From Octopus bimaculoides (lineage: Eukaryota), in the NCBI RefSeq assembly GCF_001194135.2, contig NC_068990.1, positions 85,265,939 through 85,310,870 on the forward strand: a stretch of DNA of 44,932 nt. The letters are read 5' to 3'. The notes under the pieces are model-generated. The model made no database searches. It had not been told where the DNA came from and saw only the letters and a program-made list of their open reading frames with translations. Shown one piece after another: positions 10,878 through 25,157 of this stretch. Numbering within the stretch: the stretch's first letter is position 1; each line of letters opens with the position of its first letter. A program made the position numbers and the translations under genes.

Positions 10878-12275
10878 TTATTTATTCCTTTGTCATCCCA
10901 ATTTATTATATGCATGTATGTATGTATGTATGTATGTATGTATGTACGTATGACCTCTTCTATTTTTTAATTATTATAAATCTTCCAGAGGAGGGAGCTG
11001 GTTCCCAACAAATATACAAAGCTTCATCTTTGGGATGTAGTTCACATTTGGAACTTCAGAAAAATCTTGCACACTGTTCCACTCACAGAATGCACTTGTT
11101 TTGTACGATTTAGCCGGTTGATTTCTCTTTCTGAAAATCCCAGTTTATCCAGATTCTCCTTTAAGCATTTACTAACAAAACCTAGAACTCCAATTAATAT
11201 TGGTATGAATATGAATTCATAGTCTGGATATAGAAGCTAGAGGTTTCAAAACAGTTGTCCATAGATATCCTATTTTTCTTTGATTTCCAAAGAGATATTT
11301 ATATCCGCAGGGCAGCTGACCTCTATGACTGTACATATCTTTGCTCCTCTGAATGTATGCATGTATGTATGTATGTATGTATGTATGGATGGATGGATGG
11401 ATGGATGGAGGATAGATGTGTGCATGTATATGTGTGTACATATATTTGTATGTATGTATGTATGGATGTATGTATTATGCATTAGTGTTTTGCATTTATG
11501 CAACATAATAGTTTGCATGAAGGAATTGCTATCATATAAATGGTTTCCATCATTTCCAATCTTATACTGAAACATGCCAGGCCATGAGAAAATATTATCT
11601 TACTTAGAAATAGTTGAGGGTTGCTGACAGGAAGGACATCCAGCACTGAGAAATATCCCTCAACAAAATCTGTTCAATCCATGCAAATAAGGGAAAGTAG
11701 ACTTAAAACAATGGTGATGATGATGATGGCACTTATGACTGGGCCTGAAAATGTAATTTTGAAATATAAGGAATTTACGTAAATGCACTTTAAATCTGCT
11801 TCGATGTTTGGGTGCTAGAATTAGTTGAAACAATGGCGTTTGTATAAAGCAGGTCCTGTTATAATCTTGGACTACAGGAAAACCTGAATTCCATTGGAAG
11901 AGCTCCCATTTTTAGCAATGATGAGTAGTAACCACACGTGATATCTATTTACGGCTAGGTGACCTGGGCCAGTGAGGTCATTCATTTGACACAACATAAT
12001 GTTAGTGATGAGACTAGAACATTTCAATTTTTGGTGTATAAAAGACATTTGCTGGAGGTGCTGCACAGTAGGATTGACCCCCCCACCCAAGCCACATGGT
12101 TGCAAAGCATGCTCCTTAACCACAAAGCCATCTCCACAGAGGAATGAAGAAATGAGATGCAGTGATGCTTATGCATTTCCCAAAAGCTATTCCTAAATTA
12201 TTTATTTAGATGGAAAGCAATAACTTCCTAAGCCAATCAAATTAATCAAAACTGACGAATTTTAAGGTCTGCTCT

Positions 12276-12503
12276 CTTTTACTCTTTTACTCGTTTACTT
12301 GTTTCAGTCATTTGACTGTGGCCATGCTGGAGCACCGCCGTTAGTCGAGCAAATCGACCCCAGGACTTATTCTTTGGAAGCCTAGTACTTATTCTATCGG
12401 TTTCTTTTGCCGAACCGCTAATTTACAGGGACGTAAACACACCAGCATCGGTTGTCAAGCGATGTTGGGGGGACAAACACAGACACACAAACAGACACAC
12501 ACG

Positions 12504-12537
<34 letters not shown>

Positions 12538-12569
12538 CATATATACAACGGGCTTCTTTCAGTTTCCGT
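12276..12569 (-). mobile_element. SINE family B (3' part; head lost in the gap)
   Basis: cttgtttcagtcatttgactgtggccatgctggagcaccgcc...aaatcgaccccaggactt...gggcttctttcagtttccgt. Same family as 23645-23842, 29670-29966 and 35611-36010. Confidence 0.9.
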
Positions 12570-13350
12570 NNNNNNNNNNNNNNNNNNNNNNNNNNNNNNN
12601 NNNNNNNNNNNNNNNNNNNNNNNNNNNNNNNNNNNNNNNNNNNNNNNNNNNNNNNNNNNNNNNNNNNNNNNNNNNNNNNNNNNNNNNNNNNNNNNNNNNN
12701 NNNNNNNNNNNNNNNNNNNNNNNNNNNNNNNNNNNNNNNNNNNNNNNNNNNNNNNNNNNNNNNNNNNNNNNNNNNNNNNNNNNNNNNNNNNNNNNNNNNN
12801 NNNNNNNNNNNNNNNNNNNNNNNNNNNNNNNNNNNNNNNNNNNNNNNNNNNNNNNNNNNNNNNNNNNNNNNNNNNNNNNNNNNNNNNNNNNNNNNNNNNN
12901 NNNNNNNNNNNNNNNNNNNNNNNNNNNNNNNNNNNNNNNNNNNNNNNNNNNNNNNNNNNNNNNNNNNNNNNNNNNNNNNNNNNNNNNNNNNNNNNNNNNN
13001 NNNNNNNNNNNNNNNNNNNNNNNNNNNNNNNNNNNNNNNNNNNNNNNNNNNNNNNNNNNNNNNNNNNNNNNNNNNNNNNNNNNNNNNNNNNNNNNNNNNN
13101 NNNNNNNNNNNNNNNNNNNNNNNNNNNNNNNNNNNNNNNNNNNNNNNNNNNNNNNNNNNNNNNNNNNNNNNNNNNNNNNNNNNNNNNNNNNNNNNNNNNN
13201 NNNNNNNNNNNNNNNNNNNNNNNNNNNNNNNNNNNNNNNNNNNNNNNNNNNNNNNNNNNNNNNNNNNNNNNNNNNNNNNNNNNNNNNNNNNNNNNNNNNN
13301 NNNNNNNNNNNNNNNNNNNNNNNNNNNNNNNNNNNNNNNNNNNNNNNNNN
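12570..13350. other. Largest assembly gap (N run)
   Basis: Direct reading. At least a dozen other N runs occur, nearly all next to microsatellites or SINEs. Confidence 0.99.
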
Positions 13351-14068
13351 GGTGGTGGTGGTGTTGCTGGGAAAGCTGGTGGTGGCGGTGTGAGGGTGTT
13401 TTCAAAAAGCGCTGGTTCATCAGAATTTCATGTATTCCAAGCATTTTGGTGAGAGGTTTACTTTGCAGTGGTGATGTGGTGGGCAGAGTGGGATGTGAGT
13501 GTGGAGGGTGTGCGTGTGCTTGTACATGTGTGTGTGTGTGTGTGTGTACAGGATATATATGTGTGTGTGTGTGAGTGTGTTTATGGAGGTGTGTGTGTGT
13601 GTGAGTGTGTTTATGGGGATGTGTGTGTTTGTGTGTGAATGTGCAGCAGGCATGTACGTGTATGTGAATGCCTGTGTGTGTGTGTATGTGTATACACATG
13701 TGTGTGCATACACATGTGTGTATGTCTGTGTGTGTGAGTGTGTGGTTGCCTTATCACAAACTTTATTAAAAATTATATACTTTCTTAAATTTTAGTAAAA
13801 CTCTATATGTGTAGTTGTGTATACACACACACACACATATACATATATGTGTGTGTGTGTCTTTACATGTGTATGATCAGCATTTTATATCCATTTGTTC
13901 ATGTTGGAATGGGTTGGACAGTTTTTACAAGACAATGATTTATGCCCAAATGTCCTTTCTGCGGCCATCTTATTTAGCTGATTCATATGACATGCTGGTT
14001 ATGTGATAAAGTGGAAGCAGAATATGTATAATATACATATAGACTTGTATATATATGTATATATGTAT

Positions 14069-14147
<79 letters not shown>

Positions 14148-14575
14148 NNNNNNNNNNNNNNNNNNNNNNNNNNNNNNNNNNNNNNNNNNNNNNNNNNNNN
14201 NNNNNNNNNNNNNNNNNNNNNNNNNNNNNNNNNNNNNNNNNNNNNNNNNNNNNNNNNNNNNNNNNNNNNNNNNNNNNNNAGCGGACGTTAAACGATGATG
14301 ATGATGATGATATATATATATATATATGTATATATATGTATATATGTATGTTTGTATGTATGTATATAAATGCACACATACATACATGCATATATATGGA
14401 TTCATGTATATGTGGGTATTATGTGCATATTTATTAAATATTAATGACCAACTATTTTCCGTAATGTACATGTGGTAATATAGATACACACACATGTACT
14501 TGTAAATATATGATATAGAAGTGCATTTATATAGACATGAGTATCTCTGTCTTAATGCATCCTCTGTGTGTGCTA

Positions 14576-14612
<37 letters not shown>

Positions 14613-14928
14613 GAATGGTATGGTGTAGCAAGGGTACTCAGTATCTGGAAGCGAACACAATTTTGGATGTCCACCGCCTTAGCTGTCATGTTAAGCTGCA
14701 GGAACATTTGTGTCCATTCACACTTGCATTTGGAGATGGTGACAGTTTCCTCTATTCGCCTCTTCTTAACATCTGTCTCTCTGTATGTACTTACATGTGT
14801 GTGTGTGTCTGTATGTGTGTGTGTGTGTGTGTGTATGTATGTGTGTGTGTGTGTGTGTGTATTGATCTCCCATATTTCACATGCCTTCAGTGATATATAT
14901 ATATATGTATATATGTGTGTGTGTGCAC

Positions 14929-14962
<34 letters not shown>

Positions 14963-14964
14963 TG

Positions 14965-15283
14965 TTGAAGGCATGTGAAGTATTGGGAATCAGTTGGAAA
15001 AGCAACGCTTATCATTGCTACACACAAGTAAGGGGAAGAACAAGGAATTTACAAAAAACACATTTTTCATGCAGAATTTAAAGGATCTGCCCAAAAGTAC
15101 ATAACCAATGTAACAAATAGGGAAAGCTTGTCTGCGATATCTGCAAACATGTATATTTATCAAGGGCTGGACTCGTCAGCCATCAGCAGAGACACAAGTG
15201 TAAAGTATAAATTTTTCTGAGTGCACAATGTTCTTGTTGGTCAGTGATGGTCTTCCTTAGTCATGGGACATAATGACCAAGAA
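14965..15283 (+). mobile_element. RTE-clade LINE 3' end with terminal C2H2 finger
   Basis: KHIFHAEFKGSAQK, then after a frameshift LVCDICKHVYLSRAGLVSHQQRHKCKV* (C-x2-C-x12-H-x3-H, stop at 15208-15210), then an RTE-like tail ggtcttccttagtcatgggacataatgaccaa. Confidence 0.65.
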
Positions 15284-15769
15284 TGCACATCTTTGTCCAT
15301 TTTGCTATTCTTTCTGCTTTCTACCATGTTTGGAAAAATAATAACTGCAACTTAGCGACTTGATAAATGGACATTGATAAAACAAGTATCAGTGAGAAAT
15401 AAGTATTGAGATTGATATATCATCATCATCATCATCATCATCAACCAGTGTTTTAAATCCAGGTTTTGTCCCCGTTAACAGGGGTGGCCGGATCTACCTC
15501 AATGCCATAGCAACTGAGGTAGGGAGGTGCAGTCCACCCCAACCTTTCGGCTGACCGGTGCCCATTCTCCTTTGCTATCTTTGAAGGTAGTGCCCCTTTC
15601 CTTGCTCCCATTTAAGGACTAAAACTAGCAACAGAATACAAAGGATAAGCTTTAACACAGGCACAAGGCCCTGGTTTATACTTTTGCTGAAGATTTTTAT
15701 TGATTCAGTTGATTTAGTTCCCCAGGGCACAGGTTTAAAATTTATAATTCTTATTTAATCTTGGCTGAA

Positions 15770-16202
15770 GGTCAGCATTTCAAGGAGAGGAAGCAAGTTA
15801 ATTACATCACCCCCATTACATGAATGGTACTTATTTTATCAATCTTGTGAAGATAAAAAGCAAAGTCTACCTTGGCAGAATTTGAACTCGGAATGTAATC
15901 GGTTGGAAGAAATGCAACTCAGCATTCTTCTCGGCAAAGTAATGATCTTGCCAGCTCATCAACTTATAATAATAATAATAGTAAAAATGGTTTCAAATTT
16001 TGCTACAAGGGCAGCAGTTTTGGGAGAGGAAGATGAGTCAATTTCATCAACCCCAGTATGTAACTGGTATTTAATTTATCGACCCTGAAAGGAATGAAAG
16101 GCAAAGTTGACGTCGGTGGAATTTGAACTCAGAATGTAAAGATGGATAGAATGTCACTAAGCATTTTGCCTGGTGTGTTAACGATTCTGCCAGCTCACCA
16201 CC

Positions 16203-16255
<53 letters not shown>

Positions 16256-17252
16256 CCTTTCTACTATAGACACAAGGCCTGAACTTTTGCAGGAGGAGGT
16301 CAGTCAGTTAGATTGACCCCAGTATGCAACTGGTACTTAATTTATCGACCCCCCAAAAGGATGAAAGGCAAAGTTGACCTCGGCAGAATTTGAACTCAGA
16401 ATGTAGCAATGGGTGAAATACCGCTAAACGTTTCGTCCAACATGCTAAGAACTCTGCCAGTTTGCCACCTTAATAGTAATAATAATAATAATAATAATAG
16501 AATAAGTACAAAGATAAATATTCTTCAACACGTAAATACTGAACAGTATATATAAAGGATAAAAAATTTGCCGGCAACCCGCCTTGAGGAATCGAACTCA
16601 CAACCCTCCTTTCGAATTTTGGCAGAAGGCCAGCAAGTTCAAAGGAGAGGGTAGGTCAGTTACTTTGACCCCAGTACTCAGCTGGTCCTTATTATATCAA
16701 TTCTGAAAGGATGAAAGGTAAAGTCGATATCAGCAAATTTGGAACTCAGGACATAAAGATGGATGAAATGCAGTCTAAGCATTTTTACCTGGCATGTTAA
16801 CAATTCTGTCAGGCACAAGCTGAAGTTTTAGGGGGAGGGTGTTAGTTGATTTGCATTGCTCCCAGTACTCAACTGGTATTATTTTATCAATCACAAAAGT
16901 ATGAAAGGAAAAGTCAACCTCAGCAATATTTGGACTTAGGATGTAGGAAACCAGAAGAAATGCCACAAGGCAATTTGTCTGACATGGTTGATACAATTCT
17001 GCCAGCTGGTGCCTTAATAATAATAATAATAATAATAATAATCCTTTCTACTACAGGCACAAGGCATGAAAATTTTTTGGGGGGTCAATTAGATCAACCC
17101 AGTATGCAACTGGTACTTAATTTATTGACCCCCAAAAGGATGAAAGGCAAAGTCAACCTCGGTGGAATCTGAAGTCAGAACATGAAGAGTGACAAAATGC
17201 CGCTAAGCATTTTGCTTGGCGTGCTAACGATTTTGCTAGCTTGTCACCTTCC
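15770..17252 (-). mobile_element. Tandem array of six SINE family A copies separated by (TAA)n
   Basis: Copies at about 15770-15966, 15985-16205, 16253-16472, 16615-16810, 16812-17017 and 17040-17252, each with ggatgaaaggcaaagt...atttgaactcagaa...tgccagct. Confidence 0.9.
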
Positions 17253-17570
17253 AAATAATAATAATGATGCTTCTTTACACATACTTACATACACACATAA
17301 ATATACATGCACACATAACCTTATGCACATACTGTGTCCAACACTCCAGGCCTCACACTAAGCACTATGGTCAGTCCTTTCCTCCCAGAATATTATCCCC
17401 CTGGAATTTCCCACACTGCACATGTCATTCTTGTTGTCATTAAATTATATATTAAAAACGCCAGTCTCATGGGTCTCAGATGGCTGGGGAAGGCCATGGG
17501 TCCTTACCCCTTCTTCTAAACTAAATAAATAATAAGTATAAATATATTTGAACATTCACATATACACATG

Positions 17571-17649
<79 letters not shown>

Positions 17650-17885
17650 ACACACATACACACATGCAGACACACACACACACACACACTTATATACATG
17701 CATGCTTTCGTGCACACTGATACATGCACAGACACACATGAGGTAAATATGTAGGGTGCTGGCTTATTGGTCCGAAAGCCACATGTTCATATTTTCTCCC
17801 TGTCCTGTCCTTAGAACTGTATTGTTTGCCATACCTGTGCATAATAGAGGGTCCATTAGATTTTTCCCACTACCCTACTTAACTT

Positions 17886-17919
<34 letters not shown>

Positions 17920-17929
17920 NNNNNNNNNN

Positions 17930-17960
<31 letters not shown>

Positions 17961-18258
17961 TAAGCTTTTACATGTGCATGTAGTGAAAGAGGATGAGAGA
18001 TAGAGAGAGAGTGAAAGAAAGAGAAAGTCAAGAGAGAAGAGGAACAAAAAATTTAAAAAAATTTTTTACAACACCCCCCATCCTGCCAATTTCTTCAAGG
18101 AAAGATATAGGGTTGGGGTGTGGGTAAGGCTTGTATTTCTTCAATTTCGGAAAGTCATTAATGGGGGCAGTGGGGGGTTCCCTTATGTACTTTTTTTCTT
18201 TAGCGCCAGAGTATATTGCATCTCACAGCCCTGATTATATTTCACTGAAACTAATAAT

Positions 18259-18301
<43 letters not shown>

Positions 18302-18659
18302 TGCCTACACACACGTACACATGCACACAACTAATATATACATGTATTTATATATATATTTATATATAAAGAAAACAAAAAACAATGTACGAAAAACAAA
18401 AAGAAACACTGAATAAATCTTTTAGATGCAAAACAGAGTTCATATTGTAGACCAGCTGACCATCTGTTCCTTGCTATCCANNNNNNNNNNATCTCCTCAA
18501 AAGTTTAAAATTTAATTTAAAATTGAGTGTTAAATACAAATGTTAAATGTGAGTGTTATTTTGTAAGTTTTACTTCATGCATGAATGAAAGAAAACGAGT
18601 GAAACAGAATGGTGGGAAAGATTTTTAAAAAAATTGAAAACACATTAAATATAACTTAC

Positions 18660-18810
18660 CTGGTGGCAGAGCTACATTGGCACTATATGTTCCGGAAAAA
18701 CAAAGAACCAGCAGGATCAGTAGTTCCAGAAAGTGTGTGTAAGGTTTATTAAAACGTCTCCAGACTTGAGTACTTTGTCCACTGACAAGTCTTGAAATTT
18801 GGCCATCCAT
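18660..18810 (-). CDS. Probable first coding exon of a secreted or membrane protein (signal peptide)
   Basis: ATG at 18810 in strong context (ataATGG). 50 codons MDGQISRLVSGQSTQVWRRFNKPYTHFLELLILLVLCFSGTYSANVALPP with a basic n-region, hydrophobic h-region and small-residue c-region. Ends at a consensus donor CAG|GTAAGT (intron starts 18659, phase 1). Non-repetitive sequence. Confidence 0.6.
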
Positions 18811-18816
18811 TATTAT

Positions 18817-18887
18817 CTATTAAGAATTTTTTTTTTTTTGATAAAAAAAAAAATTATGATTATTGTTAACTACTATTTCTTATTCAC
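18817..18887 (-). other. Candidate 71-nt 5' UTR intron
   Basis: CAG|GTGAAT donor at 18887, TTAAC branch-like motif, TAG| acceptor at 18817. The pyrimidine tract is weak. Confidence 0.4.
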
Positions 18888-19099
18888 CTGTTCTTGTCAT
18901 TCCTTATATCCCAAAATTGCCGGTTTGTTGTTGTTCTTGTTCCCTATTCCATATTGCTCAGAATATGGGAAAAAGGCACACCGGCCTGTTGAGATTATAG
19001 AACTCTCCGAGACCACTTGTTCCAATGGCTCGTACCAAGGACAAGATGAAATTGTCAAGGATTCAGCTACTTTAGGAAGTAGAGTGTAGTAAGTAGAAT

Positions 19100-19160
19100 A
19101 ACGCTGACTCTTAATCAATGTCGATTGGCTGCCGGGTTCAGGCCTCAGCCAGCTGATAGG
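19100..19160 (-). promoter_or_regulatory. Candidate promoter: CCAAT box plus E-box
   Basis: AGCCAATC (minus, 19130-19123) and CAGCTG (19150-19155) in a locally CpG-richer unique segment about 300 bp upstream of the ATG exon. Confidence 0.3.
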
Positions 19161-19693
19161 GCAAGACGGAGAACCAACCAATATTATTATTAAGTCAGAA
19201 ATACTTCCACATCAAGGCAAAAAGAAAAAAGAAAAAAAGTTAGTAAGAAATATTCAAACAAATAAAAAAGAATAAGCAGACAAAAAGGGAGGAAAGAAAG
19301 AACAAGATGAAGAGAAAGAGAAAGAAAAAAAATTGTGGTAGGCAATAATGGTGGTAGTGGGTGATGATAGTGATGATGATGGTGGTGGTAGCAGATGTGG
19401 TGGTGTGGTGATAGTACTGATGAATATGTTGGTGGTGGTGGTGGTGGTGGTGGTGCTGCTGCTGTTGATAGTGGTGATGGTGGATTNNNNNNNNNNNNNN
19501 NNNNNNNNNNNNNNNNNNNNNNNNNNNNNNNNNNNNNNNNNNNNNNNNNNNNNNNNNNNNNNNNNNNNNNNNNNNNNNNGTGTTTTCTTTAAAGAAAATA
19601 AGAAAGAAGGGGGTAAAATCTTAGTTATAATTAAAGTCAGTCCGGAAACTCACATTATGAAATCACCAAGAATTTTATTGTAAAGAAATGAAT

Positions 19694-19738
<45 letters not shown>

Positions 19739-19769
19739 GTAATAATAATGATAATAATAAATATAATTG

Positions 19770-20140
19770 ATGTTGTTTCTAATTTAGGCAATTTTTGAGG
19801 GGAGGGGCTAGTGGACACCGTCAACCCCACTACTTGACTGAAACTTTATTTTATCAACCCCCAAAGGGATAAAGGCAAAGTTCGGAGGGATTTCAACACA
19901 CCAGATTAAAATTTTGACACTTTATTAATTCTGCTAATCCTTTGTCTCAAGATTTGCAAAGAAGAAAAAAATGCTGATTATATCAACTCCTGTATTTGAC
20001 TGATACTTCATTTAATCAAGTCCCAGAAAGAAAAAAGAAATAAAGTTGATCCCAGTGTGATTTGAACTCAGAATGTAAAGGGACATAACTAAATATTGCA
20101 AGACATCAGTCCCACACTAACGGCTCTGCCAGTCCACCAC
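19770..20140 (-). mobile_element. Two degraded SINE family A copies
   Basis: Core motifs ttatcaacccccaaagggataaaggcaaag and gatttgaactcagaatgtaaag...ctctgccag. Confidence 0.7.
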
Positions 20141-20178
20141 ACATGAAATTTTTTACTACACAGCCATGCGCATGCCTA

Positions 20179-20219
<41 letters not shown>

Positions 20220-20395
20220 CGATGATGATGAGGAGGAGGAGGCGGAGGAGGAGGATAATGACGATTCTTAGCTCTGGTNNNNNNNNNNTGACGATGATGA
20301 TGAGGAGGAGGAGGCGGAGGAGGAGGATAATGACGATTCTTAGCTCTGGTGCGAGGCCACAAATTTTGGTGATGGTGTAAATGATGATGATGATG

Positions 20396-20440
<45 letters not shown>

Positions 20441-20619
20441 TAGTTTTATAGTTTCATAGTTTTTCAAATTTTCAAAAACACCCCCTTCACCTTATGGTTC
20501 CACCTCCCGGAGCAGACTACTTGATGGTAGGTGGGGTGTAAATAAGAGAATTTTGATACCCTGGTAGTGGTAGAGGTGGTGGTGGTGGTGGTGGAGAAGT
20601 GTTATAAAGATAAGGGGTA

Positions 20620-21096
20620 TCTGGAATCAGAGGAAGAATGAAATCTGAGAGGGAGAGAGTGTTTGAGGAGATTGACGAAAAGGAAAGCTTGTGAGAGAGA
20701 GAAGGAGAGGGAGGGGGAGAGAGAGAGAAAGAAGAAGGAGGAGGAACAAAGAATGAGAGATGAAGAAACAGGGAGAAAGAACATTGAGGAATATAGAGGA
20801 GAAGGGAGAGAGAGAAAGAGAGAGAGAGAGAAAGTGTGTAAGAGAGGGGTAGATGTGACATAGTGGTGCTGATGGTGGAGAGCGAAGCATGAAAATGAAA
20901 GTAGGGAAATAGAGAGACTAAGAGAGAGAATGTAAGGGAGAGAGAGGGAGAGCATAGGCAAGCAAGAGAGAATGTGTAAAAGGCAAATATCATTAGAGAA
21001 AGAGAAAGAATGACAGGTAAAGAAAAGGAAAAGAAGAGAGGGAAAGAAAAAGAGAAAAAGAAAAATAAAGAGAGAAAGAGAAAGAGAAAGAGAAAG

Positions 21097-21128
<32 letters not shown>

Positions 21129-21130
21129 CA
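20620..21130. repeat. Purine-rich (GA/GAA/GAG) low-complexity tract
   Basis: Direct reading. It explains the L/S/F-rich minus-strand ORFs. Confidence 0.85.
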
Positions 21131-21469
21131 TTTATTAGAAGAATTAGAAGGAAGAAAGCAGGATTGATAAGTTGATGAGGAGATTTGGTAAACTTTAGGA
21201 AGGGAAGCAGATAGGAAATGTCTTAGTTTAATAAGACTGTCTCACACACACACACACACACTTTGACTCTCTCTCTCTCTCTCTCTCTCTCCCAATAATC
21301 CTACNNNNNNNNNNNNNNNNNNCCCCCCCCCCCAGCTCCACATTCCTCACCACCTTCTCCATCATGTAAAGAAACAAATTAGGCTTACTTAGCTATTCCT
21401 TGACTCTTTGATAGAAGTAACAGTTACTTACATAAACTACACCCCCACCACCGCCGCCACCACACTTCC

Positions 21470-21645
21470 TGCAAGCAGCCAGTGAGGGGGACCCTCAACA
21501 TGGCTGCTTGCTTTACTAGAAACAGCAGCTAAACGTCTTTCAAAACCTCTCACTACCATCTTGAAAAACAAAGGACACATGTACAATGTAGTCATAAATA
21601 CACAAATAGCTAGGGGTGGTCATGGCTGAGTTGCAGCTAAACAAC
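21470..21645 (-). mobile_element. Dispersed repeat family D
   Basis: tttactagaaacagcagctaaa is the reverse complement of the D motif, followed by ggtggtcatggctg. Confidence 0.55.
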
Positions 21646-21743
21646 AGCAACAATTCCCCTTCCAGCTCTGTCCTTGCCCCATCATGAACCTTTCACTCTT
21701 TTTCTGCTTATCTTTCTGTTTCTCCCTCTCTCACAAACCCATA

Positions 21744-21774
<31 letters not shown>

Positions 21775-21883
21775 ATACACCAACTATCTCTTTCTCTCTC
21801 TTTCTCTCTGTCTCTATCATTCTCTCTTTCCCTTTGACTCTCATTTTAGTCCTGCTGTTTGATTCACACTCAATGTAATTGTA

Positions 21884-21938
<55 letters not shown>

Positions 21939-22159
21939 TGCTTATATGAACACACAATATTATAAGCATGCACATGCACAAACATGCACCACATATATAT
22001 TTATAAATGCATTATGATGTGTGTTATATGTGTGTGTATATGTGTGTGTATATTTAATATAACATACATGCTTTTAAGTAAGCTTTGGTATGAGCAAGAA
22101 TATATACATACACACGCATATAAAATTTATATAAGTATGCATGCATGTATATGTATGTC

Positions 22160-22218
<59 letters not shown>

Positions 22219-23070
22219 ATACATCNNNNNNNNNNNNNNNNNNNNNNNNNNNNNNNNNNNNNNNNNNNNNNNNNNNNNNNNNNNNNNNNNNNNNNNNNNN
22301 NNNNNNNNNNNNNNNNNNNNNNNNNNNNNNNNNNNNNNNNNNNNNNNNNNNNNNNNNNNNNNNNNNNNNNNNNNNNNNNNNNNNNNNNNNNNNNNNNNNN
22401 NNNNNNNNNNNNNNNNNNNNNNNNNNNNNNNNNNNNNNNNNNNNNNNNNNNNNNNNNNNNNNNNNNNNNNNNNNNNNNNNTATATATACATGGAGAGAGA
22501 GAGAGAGAAAGATAGATAGATAGATGGATTGACAGACATACATCAAAGCTATATACAAATGTATAGCCATACTGTTATGCATAAGCTTAACAATGTGTAT
22601 GTCACCATGTATGTGTATGTGTATGTGGATGAGTGTGTCACTGTGTTTCTTTCCACATTCCACTTGAATTTCCTTCCTCCCGCCACCATTTTAGCCACTT
22701 CTTCAGCTGCACTGTTATGCCAGTAGCATCCCATATAGACATACCACCATTTTTTTTCTCATTTGGAATCCTACCCTTAGCATTAAACTCATGATCATCT
22801 GCATCCCAGCCCTTAGAAATAAAATTTAAAAAAAGAAAAAAAAAACTTCTTTACCCTGGTACTGATGTGAAAAACGACCAGTCACTCTACCCACAGATTC
22901 TAGTCCAAACGTTTGGTGCTAGAAAATACAAGAATCCTACATTATCCATTAATATCATGCATACAAGCCTTGTCCAATATCTCAAATGATTGTTCTTTTC
23001 TGTGTCTATCCTGCTGTGTTCATATCTACATACATTCATTCATATATATGTGTGTATGTGTGAGTGTGTA

Positions 23071-23225
23071 TCGTCATCATTTAACGTCCACTTTCCATGC
23101 TAGCATGGGTTGGACGATTTGACTGAGGACTGGTGAAACCAGATGGCTACACCAGGCTCCAATCTGATTTGGCAGAGTTTCTACAGCTGGACGCCCTTCC
23201 TAACGCCAACCACTCAGAGAGTGTA
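23071..23225 (-). mobile_element. Family C repeat, well preserved
   Basis: catcatttaacgtccactttccatgctagcatgggttggacg...ctacagctggacgcccttcctaacgccaaccact. Confidence 0.85.
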
Positions 23226-23290
23226 TGTAGATACATATATTATATATATGTACATATGTATGTATAGATATGTATATATGTGTGTATGTG

Positions 23291-23321
<31 letters not shown>

Positions 23322-23485
23322 GCTTTTCTACTCTAGGCACAAAGCCCAAAACTTTTGTGGAGGAGGTGCAGTCTATTAGATTGACCTCAGCATGCAACTG
23401 GTTCTTAATTTATCAACCCCAAAAGGATGAAAGGCAAAGTCGACCTCGGTGGAAATTGAACTCAGAACGTAAAGACAGACGAAAC
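23322..23485 (-). mobile_element. SINE family A (5'-truncated)
   Basis: Core aaggatgaaaggcaaagtcgacctcggtggaaattgaactcagaacg. Confidence 0.85.
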
Positions 23486-23644
23486 AATATAGGTATATAT
23501 ATATATATNNNNNNNNNNAAAGTCAAACTACCAAAATTAATCTTTTCTTTATGAGGTTTTTTCACGCTAACTACTTGATAAATTCTTATAAAGATTTTAT
23601 CCTATATTTAATTTGTAAAAATATATATATATATATATTTTACT

Positions 23645-25157
<1,513 letters not shown>

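Noticed and set aside
11845-11930. Plus-frame peptide YNLGLQENLNSIG resembling a DHHC C-terminal motif
   Set aside because: Short chance-level similarity with no supporting exons.
14605-14770. Protein-like minus frame DVKKRRIEETVTISKCKCEW...
   Set aside because: No pyrimidine tract or credible donor, bounded by microsatellites, and no family recognised.
15127-15210. Host C2H2 zinc-finger gene exon
   Set aside because: Single finger, no TGEKP linker, frameshifted upstream, and followed by an RTE-like tail. It is a LINE C-terminus.
16567-16614. tRNA gene (minus, GAGTTCGATTCC B-box)
   Set aside because: Only a T-arm-like half. No D-arm or acceptor stem.
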